A stretch of 63,888 bases of DNA, the filler included, from Acidimicrobiia bacterium (lineage in GTDB: Bacteria; Actinomycetota; Acidimicrobiia; Spongiisociales; CAZKJJ01), in the NCBI GenBank assembly GCA_046759765.1. It is 4 parts of 4 records of this genome, joined end to end, with 100 filler letters (N's around TTAATTAATTAA, not from the genome) between each part and the next. Parts side by side here need not be neighbours in the genome. Positions count along the whole stretch, not along the records: positions 1 to 19,825 come from JBHICV010000032.1; 3 more parts are not named here. One strand, 5' to 3'. This document shows, piece after piece, positions 1-9,875 of the stretch; the stretch's first letter is position 1; every line of letters starts with the position of its first letter. The position numbers and the translations under genes were made by a program. The notes beneath the pieces were generated by a model that was not told where the DNA came from, made no database searches, and was given only the letters and a program-made list of their open reading frames with translations.

Positions 1-1008
1 GCTGTCGCCATCAGGCTGTTGAACGCTGGTGCCCTCCTCGGCACCTCTGACGGTGATTACAACGTCGTCGACGCTCTTTCACCAGACGCAGTGGCGATGG
101 CGGAGGACCTGGCCGATCCCGAGCTTCTAGCGGAGGCGTATCTGCCACTGGGCTGGAAGGCGGTCAACTCGAGTGAGTTCGAGAAGGCCCGGCACTACTT
201 CGAGCACAGCGTGGCCCTCTACGTCGAAGCTCACCACACCTGGGGCACCGGGTACGCGAGGTACGGGCTCGGCTGGGTCGACCGCATGCTGGCCAATGTC
301 GACGAGGCTGAACGGCAGTTCGAGCTGGCCACACCCGACCTGCGAAAGGCCGGAGATTCACTGATGCTGGGCTGGGTGCTGGGCGGCCGGGCGATCCTGG
401 CCAGATACCGGTTCGACTTCGATCAGGCTCTGGAGCTCCACCATGAGGCACTGGATCTGTTTGAGAGTCTCGGCGACCGCCGCGCGGTTTCGTTCAATCT
501 CATATGTCTAGGGATCGTGCACAATCTCATCGGTGATAACGAGACAGCTTTGGATTACTCATTGCGCGGGGTCGAGCTCCAACGTGAAATCGGGTGGACT
601 GAGCTTCTTCACGAATCGCTGCCGATAGCTGCCGAGATCGCGGCGATGAATGGCGACGACCAGTTAGCTCTTGCGTACTTCCATGAGGGTCTCGACGCGC
701 TCGAGGAGTCCCGTGACCTGGATCGCCTCACAATGGCGCTCGAGGATCTCGTTCGAATCGGCCCCGATCGAGGCGAGTTTGGAGCCGCAGCCATTCTGGC
801 GGGCAAGGCGGACCAGCTCCGTGAAGAGACAGGTCGGCCCATGCCGCCCCCGTATGTTCCCCTCACCGAGAGTGCGCGGCAGGCAATCGAGGACGAATTA
901 GGCGACGAGTTTGAGCCCGCGTTGACAGAGGGGGCCTCGATGTCGTTCGGCGAGGCGTTGGATGCGGCCAGGAAGGCCGCGGATCGAATGTGGGGCCAGA
1001 GCGGCTGA
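1..1008 (+). CDS. TPR-repeat protein, C-terminal part (probably an ATPase/adenylate-cyclase-type signalling protein); 5' end lies outside the window
   Basis: Frame 1 is open from base 1; repeated ~40-aa helical TPR-like units (LGW...A...F..S..L); C-terminal 'EGASMSFGEAL' tail typical of these proteins. Confidence 0.7.
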   Translation, partial: AVAIRLLNAGALLGTSDGDYNVVDALSPDAVAMAEDLADPELLAEAYLPLGWKAVNSSEFEKARHYFEHSVALYVEAHHTWGTGYARYGLGWVDRMLANVDEAERQFELATPDLRKAGDSLMLGWVLGGRAILARYRFDFDQALELHHEALDLFESLGDRRAVSFNLICLGIVHNLIGDNETALDYSLRGVELQREIGWTELLHESLPIAAEIAAMNGDDQLALAYFHEGLDALEESRDLDRLTMALEDLVRIGPDRGEFGAAAILAGKADQLREETGRPMPPPYVPLTESARQAIEDELGDEFEPALTEGASMSFGEALDAARKAADRMWGQSG

Positions 1009-1056
1009 GGTCGAGCTTCTTAGCGTGCTTTAACAATCACCTGGCAGGCTGGTCGA

Positions 1057-1494
1057 GTGACCGTTCTGGAATCGGCTCCATTGCGTCAGGGATCGTTGCT
1101 CGATGTCGCGCGCCTGCTGATCGTTGTCCAAGGGGCGATCAAGCTTCTCTCGGTGTTTGAGGTAATCGTCGTCGGGCTGGCTCTTGGCACCATCTCGCTG
1201 CTTGGACCAACTCTTCTTCTGACCGCCGCCGCCTCGCTGCTCGCATTCGTCATTGCGGCTGCCCTCGGACGCCGGGCCCGCTGGGCGCGGCGCCTGGCGA
1301 TCATCGGAGAGGTTCTGGCTCTGTCCGGCGCCGCCGTCGACCTGCTACTTTCGTTGGTCCTCGGTCAAGGTCTTCTGGAACCGGTTCCGCTGGCGATGGG
1401 GCTTGTGATTCCAGCCACTGTCATCTGGATCTTGCGGCGGAAGGACGTAAAAGGCGAGTTTGGAACCGCGATATCTGTGGAGGCCGAGTCATGA
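1057..1494 (+). CDS. Hypothetical membrane protein (4 predicted TM helices)
   Basis: Hydrophobic ORF; ATGA overlap with the next gene. Confidence 0.7.
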   Translation: MTVLESAPLRQGSLLDVARLLIVVQGAIKLLSVFEVIVVGLALGTISLLGPTLLLTAAASLLAFVIAAALGRRARWARRLAIIGEVLALSGAAVDLLLSLVLGQGLLEPVPLAMGLVIPATVIWILRRKDVKGEFGTAISVEAES

Positions 1495-2690
1495 ATGGAG
1501 TGCTGGCCGACCTCGTTCCCGAAGTCGAACTCGACTACCCCGTCGGGAATCCCCTCTACGACACGATTCCGGAGCACCAACTAGCCCTGCTCACAGTCCT
1601 GCTTGTTCCGCTGGGTGTCTGGCTGCTGGCTCGCTACGTGCTTCGTTCGGCGACCCAAGAGAAGGCTTGGGCCGTGCGCTGGCTGGCCGGTTACCGCGGC
1701 CTCTCTCAGGTCCACCGATTGGCGGTCTGGCTGCTCCTGACGTCGGGGATCGTGCACTTGATGCTGATCCCGGGCCATGGGCTAGACAGCTACAGCGTCC
1801 TCTTCCTGGTCGCGGGCATCTGGATGCTCAGAGTCGCACATCGGGCAGTGACCGCGCGTCGGTGGCGCCGTGAAGCCGTGTTTGTCTTGCTCGGCACGAT
1901 CGTGGCCTATGCCCTCCTGTCAATGGGAGGCGAAGCTCCCGACCAGCTAGGCATGCTGACCAAGCTCATCGAGATCGTCGCTTTCGGTCTTGTGGTGATA
2001 CCGGTAAGCGAGCGCAAACGGGGGCGCCTGGGGGCGTCGGTCGCTACCTCGGCGCTTGTGATCGTGACCGGGGTCGGATCGTGGATCGGGGCATTCGAGA
2101 CGGTCAGCGCGGAAGCCGGTCATCACTCCGGCGAGTATCCGGAGCCGGGCACGGTGATTCCTTTCGTTCCGGATCGCCAGCCAACGGCGGCCGAGCAGGC
2201 TGCAGCCGACGAGCTGTACGCGGCCACGGTGGCGACGGTAGCCCCCTATAGAGACCCCGCCGTCGCAGCAGCCGACGGCTACGTCGTGGGCGAGATCGTC
2301 GGCACCGACTTCCACGCTCCCAATCCCAAGTACCAGAGCGACGGTGTTGCTCTAGACCCGGAGCGTCCCGAAAACCTCGTCTACGCCGCGACACCAAAGG
2401 GTCCGGTGCTGCTCGGAGTCATGTATGAGATGCCCGGGCTCGGCAATTCGGGCCCGACCGTCGGTGGCCCACTGACTCTCTGGCACAGCCATGAGGGCGT
2501 CTGTTTCTCGCTTATCCCAGTCGGGCTGAGCGGCCTCGTCTCGCCCTTTGGCACCTGTCCTGTCGGATCGCTCGCCATACCGACGACCAATGAGATGATC
2601 CATGTCTGGACGGTTCCCGGTGTCCCGGACCGGTTTGGGCACCTGTCCGAAGACTGGTTGAGCGACTACCTCCAGGAGTTCTCCGGGTGA
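1491..2690 (+). CDS. Membrane protein with His-rich extracytoplasmic C-terminal domain, function unknown
   Basis: About 6 TM segments, then a soluble domain with LDPERPENLVY, WHSH and MIHVW motifs. Confidence 0.75.
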   Translation: MNGVLADLVPEVELDYPVGNPLYDTIPEHQLALLTVLLVPLGVWLLARYVLRSATQEKAWAVRWLAGYRGLSQVHRLAVWLLLTSGIVHLMLIPGHGLDSYSVLFLVAGIWMLRVAHRAVTARRWRREAVFVLLGTIVAYALLSMGGEAPDQLGMLTKLIEIVAFGLVVIPVSERKRGRLGASVATSALVIVTGVGSWIGAFETVSAEAGHHSGEYPEPGTVIPFVPDRQPTAAEQAAADELYAATVATVAPYRDPAVAAADGYVVGEIVGTDFHAPNPKYQSDGVALDPERPENLVYAATPKGPVLLGVMYEMPGLGNSGPTVGGPLTLWHSHEGVCFSLIPVGLSGLVSPFGTCPVGSLAIPTTNEMIHVWTVPGVPDRFGHLSEDWLSDYLQEFSG

Positions 2691-2696
2691 CGCTCC

Positions 2697-3323
2697 TTAC
2701 ACCGAGTAGCTGTCTCCCCAGTCCAACACGATCAGCTCGATCGCCGGCGCCAGAACATCCTTCACCGCATCTGCGATCCACCGCCGGCCGTTACGACTCA
2801 TGTAGAAGTCATGGATCGGGACCACCTGGCGCGGAGCCAGCCGCCGAGCGAACTCAACAGCCGCGGTTGCCGATCCCCAAGGAGCGACCAGGGGGAGGGC
2901 GAGTACTGGCGCCGTCGTGGTGGGCTCGTAGCTGTCTCCGGGATGCGTGATGACTCCCTCGATCGTGAAGCTTCGGTTAGGCGGTCGTTGGCCAGAAGGG
3001 ACCATCTCATGAAGGACATCCTGCGAGCTGACACCGGGCGGGTTCTCGTTTGATGCTTCGATGTCATACCTTGCGAGCAGGGCCGATACCGATTCGTTGG
3101 AGTGCACAGTCACGTCGGTCCCCCGATCCACCAGCCAGCGAACGAACTCCGGCTTCACATGGTCGCCGTGCTCGTGGGTCACCAAGACATGTTGAACATC
3201 GCCTATCGTCTCGAGTTCGATCTCATCGGACTCGAAGGTGAGGAAACCCGGGTCGATGACAGTCGTTCCGTGCTCGCTTGTTATCAGGAGACATGAGTCG
3301 GTGAGGCGTCTGATCGTCGGCAT
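2697..3323 (-). CDS. MBL-fold metallo-hydrolase
   Basis: THEHGDH, HPGD and PIHD motifs; start set at ATG 3323, 7 nt after TAACGT. Confidence 0.85.
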   Translation of the reverse strand: MPTIRRLTDSCLLITSEHGTTVIDPGFLTFESDEIELETIGDVQHVLVTHEHGDHVKPEFVRWLVDRGTDVTVHSNESVSALLARYDIEASNENPPGVSSQDVLHEMVPSGQRPPNRSFTIEGVITHPGDSYEPTTTAPVLALPLVAPWGSATAAVEFARRLAPRQVVPIHDFYMSRNGRRWIADAVKDVLAPAIELIVLDWGDSYSV

Positions 3324-3386
3324 CGCGGGCACGTTACAGGAGGACCACACCAGCTGAAGGCCTGACCGGTAGTTGCCGAAGAAGCT

Positions 3387-3920
3387 ATGGAGATGGATCA
3401 CGACAACCGAACCGAGCTGAAGAGAGAGCGCAGATGGCTCATCGTCACTCTGGGGGTCTTGGCGGTAGCTGTTGGCCTGGCGGCCGCCTTCGCGTTTGGT
3501 TTCAGCGTCGGTCGCGAGTCGAGCGACGAGGCCGGCTCAGCAGGCGAACAGCTGGAAGCTTGGAACCGCTGTCTCGTGGACGCAGGAGCGGTGGTGCCAG
3601 CAGTTGAAGCTCGGCGAGACGGCGGATTCACGATCACCGTCACGGCAGGCTTCTTTGAGGAATTCGATCCTCGGGCCTTTGTGAACGCAGTGGCTGAGTG
3701 CGAGTCGTTGACGCCGATCGGTTTGCTACAGGCATTTGGTCAGGGATTTGCTGCCTTTCTGCCTGCCTTGCGGCCGCACGGTGAGGCTCCTCCGGGATTG
3801 CCACGGGATCTGAACCGGCGGGAGCTGGCCGAGGCGTGCGAGCACCTTCGGGCGACAGATCGCATCCCGGAAGATGTTCCTGAGGCCCTTCTGCGAGCCT
3901 GCGAGGTTTTCGAGGACTGA
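3387..3920 (+). CDS. Hypothetical membrane-anchored protein with Cys pairs
   Basis: Single N-terminal TM helix, 4 Cys, GC-typical codon usage. Confidence 0.6.
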   Translation: MEMDHDNRTELKRERRWLIVTLGVLAVAVGLAAAFAFGFSVGRESSDEAGSAGEQLEAWNRCLVDAGAVVPAVEARRDGGFTITVTAGFFEEFDPRAFVNAVAECESLTPIGLLQAFGQGFAAFLPALRPHGEAPPGLPRDLNRRELAEACEHLRATDRIPEDVPEALLRACEVFED

Positions 3921-4036
3921 TACCGCGGTCGATTGGCCACGGGAGAGTTACCGCCGGGATCACTCGAGCATTACCCCAATTTGAGCGTTTCCCCAGGTAG
4001 CGTGCAGCGCGGAGGCCGGGCGTGCGTGATTTCGGT

Positions 4037-4486
4037 ATGGAGTCGGCGGACTCCCAGATATATGACAGGAACCGGCACGATCTCGTGCGTTACGCCACTG
4101 TGCTGGTCGGTCCCGAGGAAGCGGAAGGTGTCGTATCGACCGTCGTCAGCCAGGTCCTCACCAGAGGGGGATTCGAGGAGCTGGAGGATCCCCGGTCCCA
4201 TCTATTTCGGGCCGTTCTGCGTGAATCCAAGTTTGCAAGTCGGCGGGGCCGCGCCGAGTCAGAAAACGCCGTCGACTCTGGCGAATCAGCCGAGTGGGTT
4301 TTCGAACCCGAGGTGTGGGATGCCGTGGAGAGGCTTCCCCTAAAGCAGCGTGCGGCCACGTATCTCTTCTACTGGATGGAGTTGTCCGTCGCTGAAACCG
4401 CTGCCCTGATGGATCTGAGGCCGGCCACGGTGAAACGGTATCTGCGCCTGGCTCGCCTCCGGGTTGGGGAGGCGCTCGATGGCTAG
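4037..4486 (+). CDS. ECF RNA polymerase sigma factor (sigma-70 regions 2 and 4)
   Basis: LVRYA..LVG.EEAEGVV (region 2); LPLKQRA..YL.Y...LSVAETA.LM.....TVK (region 4). Confidence 0.85.
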   Translation: MESADSQIYDRNRHDLVRYATVLVGPEEAEGVVSTVVSQVLTRGGFEELEDPRSHLFRAVLRESKFASRRGRAESENAVDSGESAEWVFEPEVWDAVERLPLKQRAATYLFYWMELSVAETAALMDLRPATVKRYLRLARLRVGEALDG

Positions 4487-5945
4487 GCGCTACGACCGGG
4501 TGGGAGCAGCCTTCCGCGCCGTTTATGACCGTGCTGTCTCCAGAGCCCCACGGCCTCCCACATTTGGTGATTTGCAGGCGCAGGCTGCAATGGCGCCTGC
4601 GTCGCGCCAGCTGCTCGAACGGCCCTTAGCCGCCCTGCTTGTGGCCGGTCTAGTCGTGGTCGTCGTCGGAGCGGCGGCGTTCATTCTGACGGGTGAGCCG
4701 GGCGAGGAACCTGCGGTGGCTTCCACCGTTCCAGTAGAGACGACGGCTGGCAACGACGATCAGCCGGCGCCTACAACCGCTACCACGACGATATCGCCAA
4801 CGACAACCGAGGGCCCGTTGCTGCTCCGCTCGGCGCCCTGGTCTTCCGAGCCCCTTTCTGCTAGCGAAGTGGACGAAGTGCTGCGCATGGTGTGGACGCA
4901 AGCGGACAACAATCTCTGGTGCTCGCTTCTGGCCCCGGCCAGCACCGGACCCGAGGGAGAAGACGCCACCACCAGGGCGGCGAACTTCGGATCGGATTCG
5001 TGGGCCGTCGCCTGGGACCGGCTGGATGGACCGGGTATGCAAGGCGACAGCAGCCAATGCGGCAACTGCGGACGGAGCGCCTTCGGAATTGCTGGTGTCG
5101 GCCTGGTGCCTTCGGGCCACGACTTCTCCCAACGGCAACACGTCATCTCGTGGGCCGATGGCAGTACCGCGGGCTACGGACCTGGACAACCGGCTTCCGA
5201 GGATGAGCCCGCGTTGGGCCATCGCTACAGCGGCGAGATCGCGGTAGTTGGGCAGGCCTGTCTGTACCAGGTCTGGTCAAACCTCGGTGAAGACCATCTT
5301 CAGTTTCTGCTGGCACAGCTCCGGTTCGTCGAGGGCCACCAAGCGGATCCCATCGAGGTTCGTGCTCCCGGCGATCCTCCGGCTGTGCTCATCGACGCTG
5401 GCGACGCACCATGGGAGCAGTCGCCCCTCGCCGCCAACGCGGTGCCGTCCTTGCTGGTGACCGCCTGGCGAGACTCGAAGGCGGCCACCCCGCTGGTAGC
5501 CATTGAAGGCGTGGCCGAAGAGCTTCCCGACGCGCGAATTCGGACGGCCAACTTTGGCGCTTGGGGTGTGGCGTGGAACAACCCTGACGGGCCGGGACAC
5601 GACTCGTCCAACAACCCGTGCAATAACTGCGGGCGGGGCGTGATCGGTCTGAGCGGAGTGTCAGCATCGGCTGTCTCCGAGTACACGGGTCCTGCCCGTT
5701 ACGGACGGGTGGAGTGGAATGATGGCAGCTTCGCCTCCTATGACCTCTACTTAGGAAGCCAGGGACTCCCTCCCGACCTGGTTGTCTATACCGATGCGGC
5801 CACGGGCGAAGAGGTGCCCGACGGATGGCTGGCTCAGGTTGAGATCGTGGGGACGGACTCCACCTATTCCGTGTGGAGCCACCTCGGCGAGGACCATCTG
5901 ATCGACCTGCTAACTCGCCTACGGTTCGTGGAAGTCGCGCCCTAA
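4479..5945 (+). CDS. Putative anti-sigma/sensor membrane protein with tandemly duplicated extracellular domain
   Basis: Overlaps the sigma stop codon; short cytoplasmic N-terminus, one TM helix, Thr/Pro linker, two ~165-aa repeats. Confidence 0.75.
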   Translation: MARRYDRVGAAFRAVYDRAVSRAPRPPTFGDLQAQAAMAPASRQLLERPLAALLVAGLVVVVVGAAAFILTGEPGEEPAVASTVPVETTAGNDDQPAPTTATTTISPTTTEGPLLLRSAPWSSEPLSASEVDEVLRMVWTQADNNLWCSLLAPASTGPEGEDATTRAANFGSDSWAVAWDRLDGPGMQGDSSQCGNCGRSAFGIAGVGLVPSGHDFSQRQHVISWADGSTAGYGPGQPASEDEPALGHRYSGEIAVVGQACLYQVWSNLGEDHLQFLLAQLRFVEGHQADPIEVRAPGDPPAVLIDAGDAPWEQSPLAANAVPSLLVTAWRDSKAATPLVAIEGVAEELPDARIRTANFGAWGVAWNNPDGPGHDSSNNPCNNCGRGVIGLSGVSASAVSEYTGPARYGRVEWNDGSFASYDLYLGSQGLPPDLVVYTDAATGEEVPDGWLAQVEIVGTDSTYSVWSHLGEDHLIDLLTRLRFVEVAP

Positions 5946-6003
5946 GGCCAGCGTTTCCTGTCAATCTCAGCCGCGCTTTTCACGGCTCACATTGACAAGA
6001 AAC

Positions 6004-6552
6004 TCACGGCGCCTCCGAGACGGGAAAGGGCTCCCCGTGGCCGGGAACGATCACGGTCGCCAGCTCCCGGATACGATCCCTGCCCGCCATCAGCTGGTCG
6101 AGATCCCAGGCGAGCCGGTCCGTCACGGCCTGCCTGCCCCACCAAAGGTGAGTGAAAGCGAAGACACCGTTGTCAGTCTCTGCCAGGGTCGTGATGTCCT
6201 GGGGAGTGTGGCCAGGTGTCTCGACCAGCCAAACGTGGTCCGACAACCGGAAGCCCTCGGCTGGGCGCGACGTCCATTGATCGCGTTCGTATGTCGCCCA
6301 GTGATCGTGCACACGGGCGCGGGGAAACAGGGCGATGTTCATCGTGTGGTCCGGGTGGTGGTGGGAGATCACGACATCAGTGACCTCCTCCGGTCTCAGC
6401 TCCAGGGCGGCCAACGGATCGAGTATCGCTCGATGATCGGGCACCATCCCCGGGTCTACTACGGCGATCAATGAGCCGTCTCGTATGAGGCTGACCGTGC
6501 TGGCCACGCCCTCGCCGCCGTAACCGGTGAACAACACTTCGACAGATGCCAT
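6004..6552 (-). CDS. MBL-fold metallo-hydrolase (MBLAC1-like)
   Basis: SHHHPDH, TPGHT and VPGHG motifs. Confidence 0.9.
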   Translation of the reverse strand: MASVEVLFTGYGGEGVASTVSLIRDGSLIAVVDPGMVPDHRAILDPLAALELRPEEVTDVVISHHHPDHTMNIALFPRARVHDHWATYERDQWTSRPAEGFRLSDHVWLVETPGHTPQDITTLAETDNGVFAFTHLWWGRQAVTDRLAWDLDQLMAGRDRIRELATVIVPGHGEPFPVSEAP

Positions 6553-6766
6553 TTCAGGGCCGGCAGGCTAGCTCTGCGAGCCCCCGCCTATCCCCTCGAA
6601 AGCTGCGGCTTCCCTTGGGTCGCGAAAACAGCCGCTAGTTTCTAGGGGCGGGGCCGGAGGTGGCATACCTCCCCGGGCGTGGCTGACGAGGAGTCCCATG
6701 CCACCAGAAAAGGGCCGCGGAAGCTCCGTGCCCAGGCCCAAGCACCGAGCCCGTGGCCGCCTCGTG

Positions 6767-7009
6767 ATGCGATCGAAGCGGAGCACTTCCCGCCACGCGC
6801 GACAGGGATGCAAGAAGGGATCCCATACGTTCGGGCCCGAGCAGCAGATCGGTGGCGGAATCGTGCGCCTCATCTGTGACGAATGCGGCGCGGTCTCCAT
6901 CGACCTCCGTGAGGCCACCGATCCGGTTACCGAGGTTCCTCGCCTGGAGCGTCGCGACTGGGTCGTCGAACCCGAGCCACCTCTATGGGGAACTCGCCGG
7001 GGTCGCTGA
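6767..7009 (+). CDS. Small putative zinc-ribbon protein
   Basis: C-x4-H...CxxC; motif shared with the C-terminus of 14672-15685; start uncertain (6698 or 6767). Confidence 0.55.
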   Translation: MRSKRSTSRHARQGCKKGSHTFGPEQQIGGGIVRLICDECGAVSIDLREATDPVTEVPRLERRDWVVEPEPPLWGTRRGR

Positions 7010-7105
7010 CGCCGGTCTCTCGTTGAACCTGGCGGCTCCGAAGCCTGAACTGCCCGGGAACCACGCCGACGCCTAGCATCGCGGGCGGGGAAAGAGGGGG
7101 GAGGC

Positions 7106-8344
7106 TTGCGGCCGATCGCGTTGCTGTTGGCGGTGGTGGTTCTGGGTGGGGGCTGCTATCGCAGCGCGCCGCTGGACGAGGTTGGTCCAACTCGGATCGA
7201 GGGCCCTGTCCCCGCTCCGGTGGCGACCGCGACCCTCGAAGCCCCGTCCCCCATCCGCTCGCAGGAAAACCTGGTTGTCTCGCTGCAGCAGGACCTGACT
7301 CAGCTCGGCTTCTATTCGGGACCGGTAACGACTGAGTTCGACGCCCCCACCTCGGCTGCGGTCCGGGACTTCGAACGGCACTTCGGCCTCCCGGGCGACG
7401 GCTTCTACGATCTCGAGCTGGCGGCCGTGGTCGATGTCGCTCGCGGGAGAGCGAAGGGCGCCTCGGTGTGGGCGCTTCAGTCGATGCTGGGGGCCCTCGG
7501 CTACTACGAGGCCTCCTTCGACGGCCTCTACGGAGACTCACTGGAAGCAGCCGTTGCTGCACTTCAGTCGGCGGCGGGCCTAGATGTCACCGGCCGGTAT
7601 AGCGAGACAACTGCCGACGCCATGCTTGATGAGTTCCAGGCCAACCAGCCAGAAGTCGCCTGGGTGTTCGGTCCCCGGCTGGAATTAGCCGCGCCGGCGC
7701 CGCCGGAGACGGTCGTTGCGTCGCCTCGACCTGCGATCGTCCGGGTCCAAGAGCGGCTGGCCGACCTCGGGTATCGACCGGGACCGGCAGATGGAAACCT
7801 GGGACCGGCCACTAAGGCGGCGATCGTGGCCTTTCAAAAGCGCGAAGGTCTCCGGGTCGACGGTGTCGTGGGTCCCCAAACCGGCATTCGTCTCGAACAG
7901 CCGATCGCAGCGGGCCCTCGGTACCAGTCTCCAAGCCCACGGATCGAGATCGATCTCAGCCGTCAGATCGCATTCGTGGTACTACCTGATGGCACCGTGA
8001 CCACCCTTCCCGTGTCCACAGGCAACGGCGAGCGGTACATCACCGAATCGGGTGGGATCGCTGTCGCGCACACGCCCGAGGGTGCCTTCTCTGTTACTCG
8101 CGTCATCGAGGGCGTTCGGGAGGCGCCACTCGGCACCCTGTACCGACCGCTCTACTTCCACAGGGGATGGGCTATCCACGGCTCCGGTCACGTTCCCGCC
8201 TACCCGGCTAGTCATGGGTGTGTTCGTGTCCACCGCTGGGACCAGGACTGGCTGTTCGACAGGGTCGGTGTCGGTACCGCGGTGTTCGTATATGGCGGGG
8301 AAGCGGCCGAGGCGGTCCCCAGCGAAGCTGCGCCCGGTTCGTAG
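7106..8344 (+). CDS. L,D-transpeptidase (YkuD domain) lipoprotein with three peptidoglycan-binding domains
   Basis: Lipobox-like GGC; three LQ..L..LGY/F..G..DG repeats; catalytic HGS...SHGCVR. Confidence 0.92.
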   Translation: MRPIALLLAVVVLGGGCYRSAPLDEVGPTRIEGPVPAPVATATLEAPSPIRSQENLVVSLQQDLTQLGFYSGPVTTEFDAPTSAAVRDFERHFGLPGDGFYDLELAAVVDVARGRAKGASVWALQSMLGALGYYEASFDGLYGDSLEAAVAALQSAAGLDVTGRYSETTADAMLDEFQANQPEVAWVFGPRLELAAPAPPETVVASPRPAIVRVQERLADLGYRPGPADGNLGPATKAAIVAFQKREGLRVDGVVGPQTGIRLEQPIAAGPRYQSPSPRIEIDLSRQIAFVVLPDGTVTTLPVSTGNGERYITESGGIAVAHTPEGAFSVTRVIEGVREAPLGTLYRPLYFHRGWAIHGSGHVPAYPASHGCVRVHRWDQDWLFDRVGVGTAVFVYGGEAAEAVPSEAAPGS

Positions 8345-8384
8345 ACGCAGAATTGCCACAGTCCGTACCTAAGCTGCCTCGTCG

Positions 8385-9875
8385 ATGAGCTCCTCTCCAG
8401 CCCATCCGCGGTCGCGCGCGCCCAGGACCAGGGCGGCCACGGCGGCCTTCCTCGATGCGCTGTTTCCTGGTGCCGGCCATTGGTATCTCGGCTATCGGGA
8501 ACGCGGCCGGAGCATGATGCTGATCACCGGCGGGGCCCTGCTTCTCGTGCTACTGATTGCGGCCCAAGGGCTCGGTTTCGCCCTCAAGCTGTTCGTCCAG
8601 CCGGCAACCCTCCTGATCATCTACGCGGCCAACGCGCTTTTCTTCTTGTACCGGGCGTGGGCGGCTACCCGGGCCTACCAGCTCGCGTCACCGCGGTCCG
8701 GTCGCTGGTCGCCCCTGGCCGCCGGACTGGCTATCGCGGCCGGCGTTTCCATAGTCCTGCCCCACGCCTGGCTCGGTTACTACGACCTGGTCCAGTACGA
8801 CCTGGTGACCTCGGTCTTCGCCTCGGAAGATCCCCAAACGGCGGCGGAGACATCGGGCACTTCACCGCCGCGCGACAACGGCGAGGTCGCGCCGATCTCG
8901 ATCGTGACTACCACGACGGAGCCTCCTCCATTGTGGGAGGAGGGAGAGCGCCTGAATGTGCTGCTGATGGGAAGCGATGCGGGGCCGGGCCGCAGAGGCA
9001 TTCGTACTGACACGATGATCGTCGTTTCAGTCGATCCTCAAACGGGCTACGCCGCGCTGTTCTCGTTGCCACGTAACTTCGTCGGGATCCCGGTGCCCGA
9101 GGATTGGGGAATTTGGGACAATGACCAGTTTCCCGAGTTGCTCAATGCGCTGTACCAATACGGGAACCAGAACCCGGGTCAATTCCCACCCGCCAACGAC
9201 TCGGGTGCCTACGTCATGAAAGAGGCCTTCTCTGAGTTGTTAGGGATACCAATCCACTTCTACGCGTTGGTTGACCTCAACGGCTTCGTCGATCTGGTCA
9301 ACGCTTTGGGAGGCGTCACGATCATGGTCACTCAGAGGGTCTACGACGAGACCTATCCCCACGAAGACGGGAGTCTGGAAGTGGTGGACATTGAGCCGGG
9401 CACCTACCACATGGACGGACACACGGCCCTTGCCTACGCCCGGATTCGGCGCACTACGGACGACTACAACCGGATGGGGCGGCAACGCTGTGTCCTCGAG
9501 GCCCTCATCGAGCAAGCTGACCCCACCACGGTTGCACTCCGCTTCCCTGCTATCGCCGAGGCCATCAAGGACAACATGACCACGGATATACCTATCGGGC
9601 GCCTTCCGAGTCTCATCGACATCATGCCGCTGGTAACCACTGATGAGATCGTGACTGTCCGGTTCATTCCTCCTGACTGGCACGCAGGAAGAACGCCCGA
9701 TCGCTATCCGATTCCGGACGTCGAAAAGATCCGGAACGCGGTACAGGTGATCATGGAACTACCCCCGGCAGAAGCGATCGAGGTGCTAGGTCTCGTGGAT
9801 CTGGATGATGCGTGCGACGCCGAGGAGCCGGCGGAGGAGACACCGCCGACCACAGCCGTTTCACAGGACGCCTAG
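8385..9875 (+). CDS. LCP (LytR-CpsA-Psr) family glycopolymer transferase
   Basis: NVLLMGSD, RTDTMIV, SLPRN, ALAYARIR...DYNRMGRQ motifs. Confidence 0.93.
   Translation: MSSSPAHPRSRAPRTRAATAAFLDALFPGAGHWYLGYRERGRSMMLITGGALLLVLLIAAQGLGFALKLFVQPATLLIIYAANALFFLYRAWAATRAYQLASPRSGRWSPLAAGLAIAAGVSIVLPHAWLGYYDLVQYDLVTSVFASEDPQTAAETSGTSPPRDNGEVAPISIVTTTTEPPPLWEEGERLNVLLMGSDAGPGRRGIRTDTMIVVSVDPQTGYAALFSLPRNFVGIPVPEDWGIWDNDQFPELLNALYQYGNQNPGQFPPANDSGAYVMKEAFSELLGIPIHFYALVDLNGFVDLVNALGGVTIMVTQRVYDETYPHEDGSLEVVDIEPGTYHMDGHTALAYARIRRTTDDYNRMGRQRCVLEALIEQADPTTVALRFPAIAEAIKDNMTTDIPIGRLPSLIDIMPLVTTDEIVTVRFIPPDWHAGRTPDRYPIPDVEKIRNAVQVIMELPPAEAIEVLGLVDLDDACDAEEPAEETPPTTAVSQDA

Noticed and set aside
6683..6712. 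CTGACGAG...GAAA resembling a hammerhead ribozyme core
   Set aside because: No stem II between the core strands and no closing G-C pair
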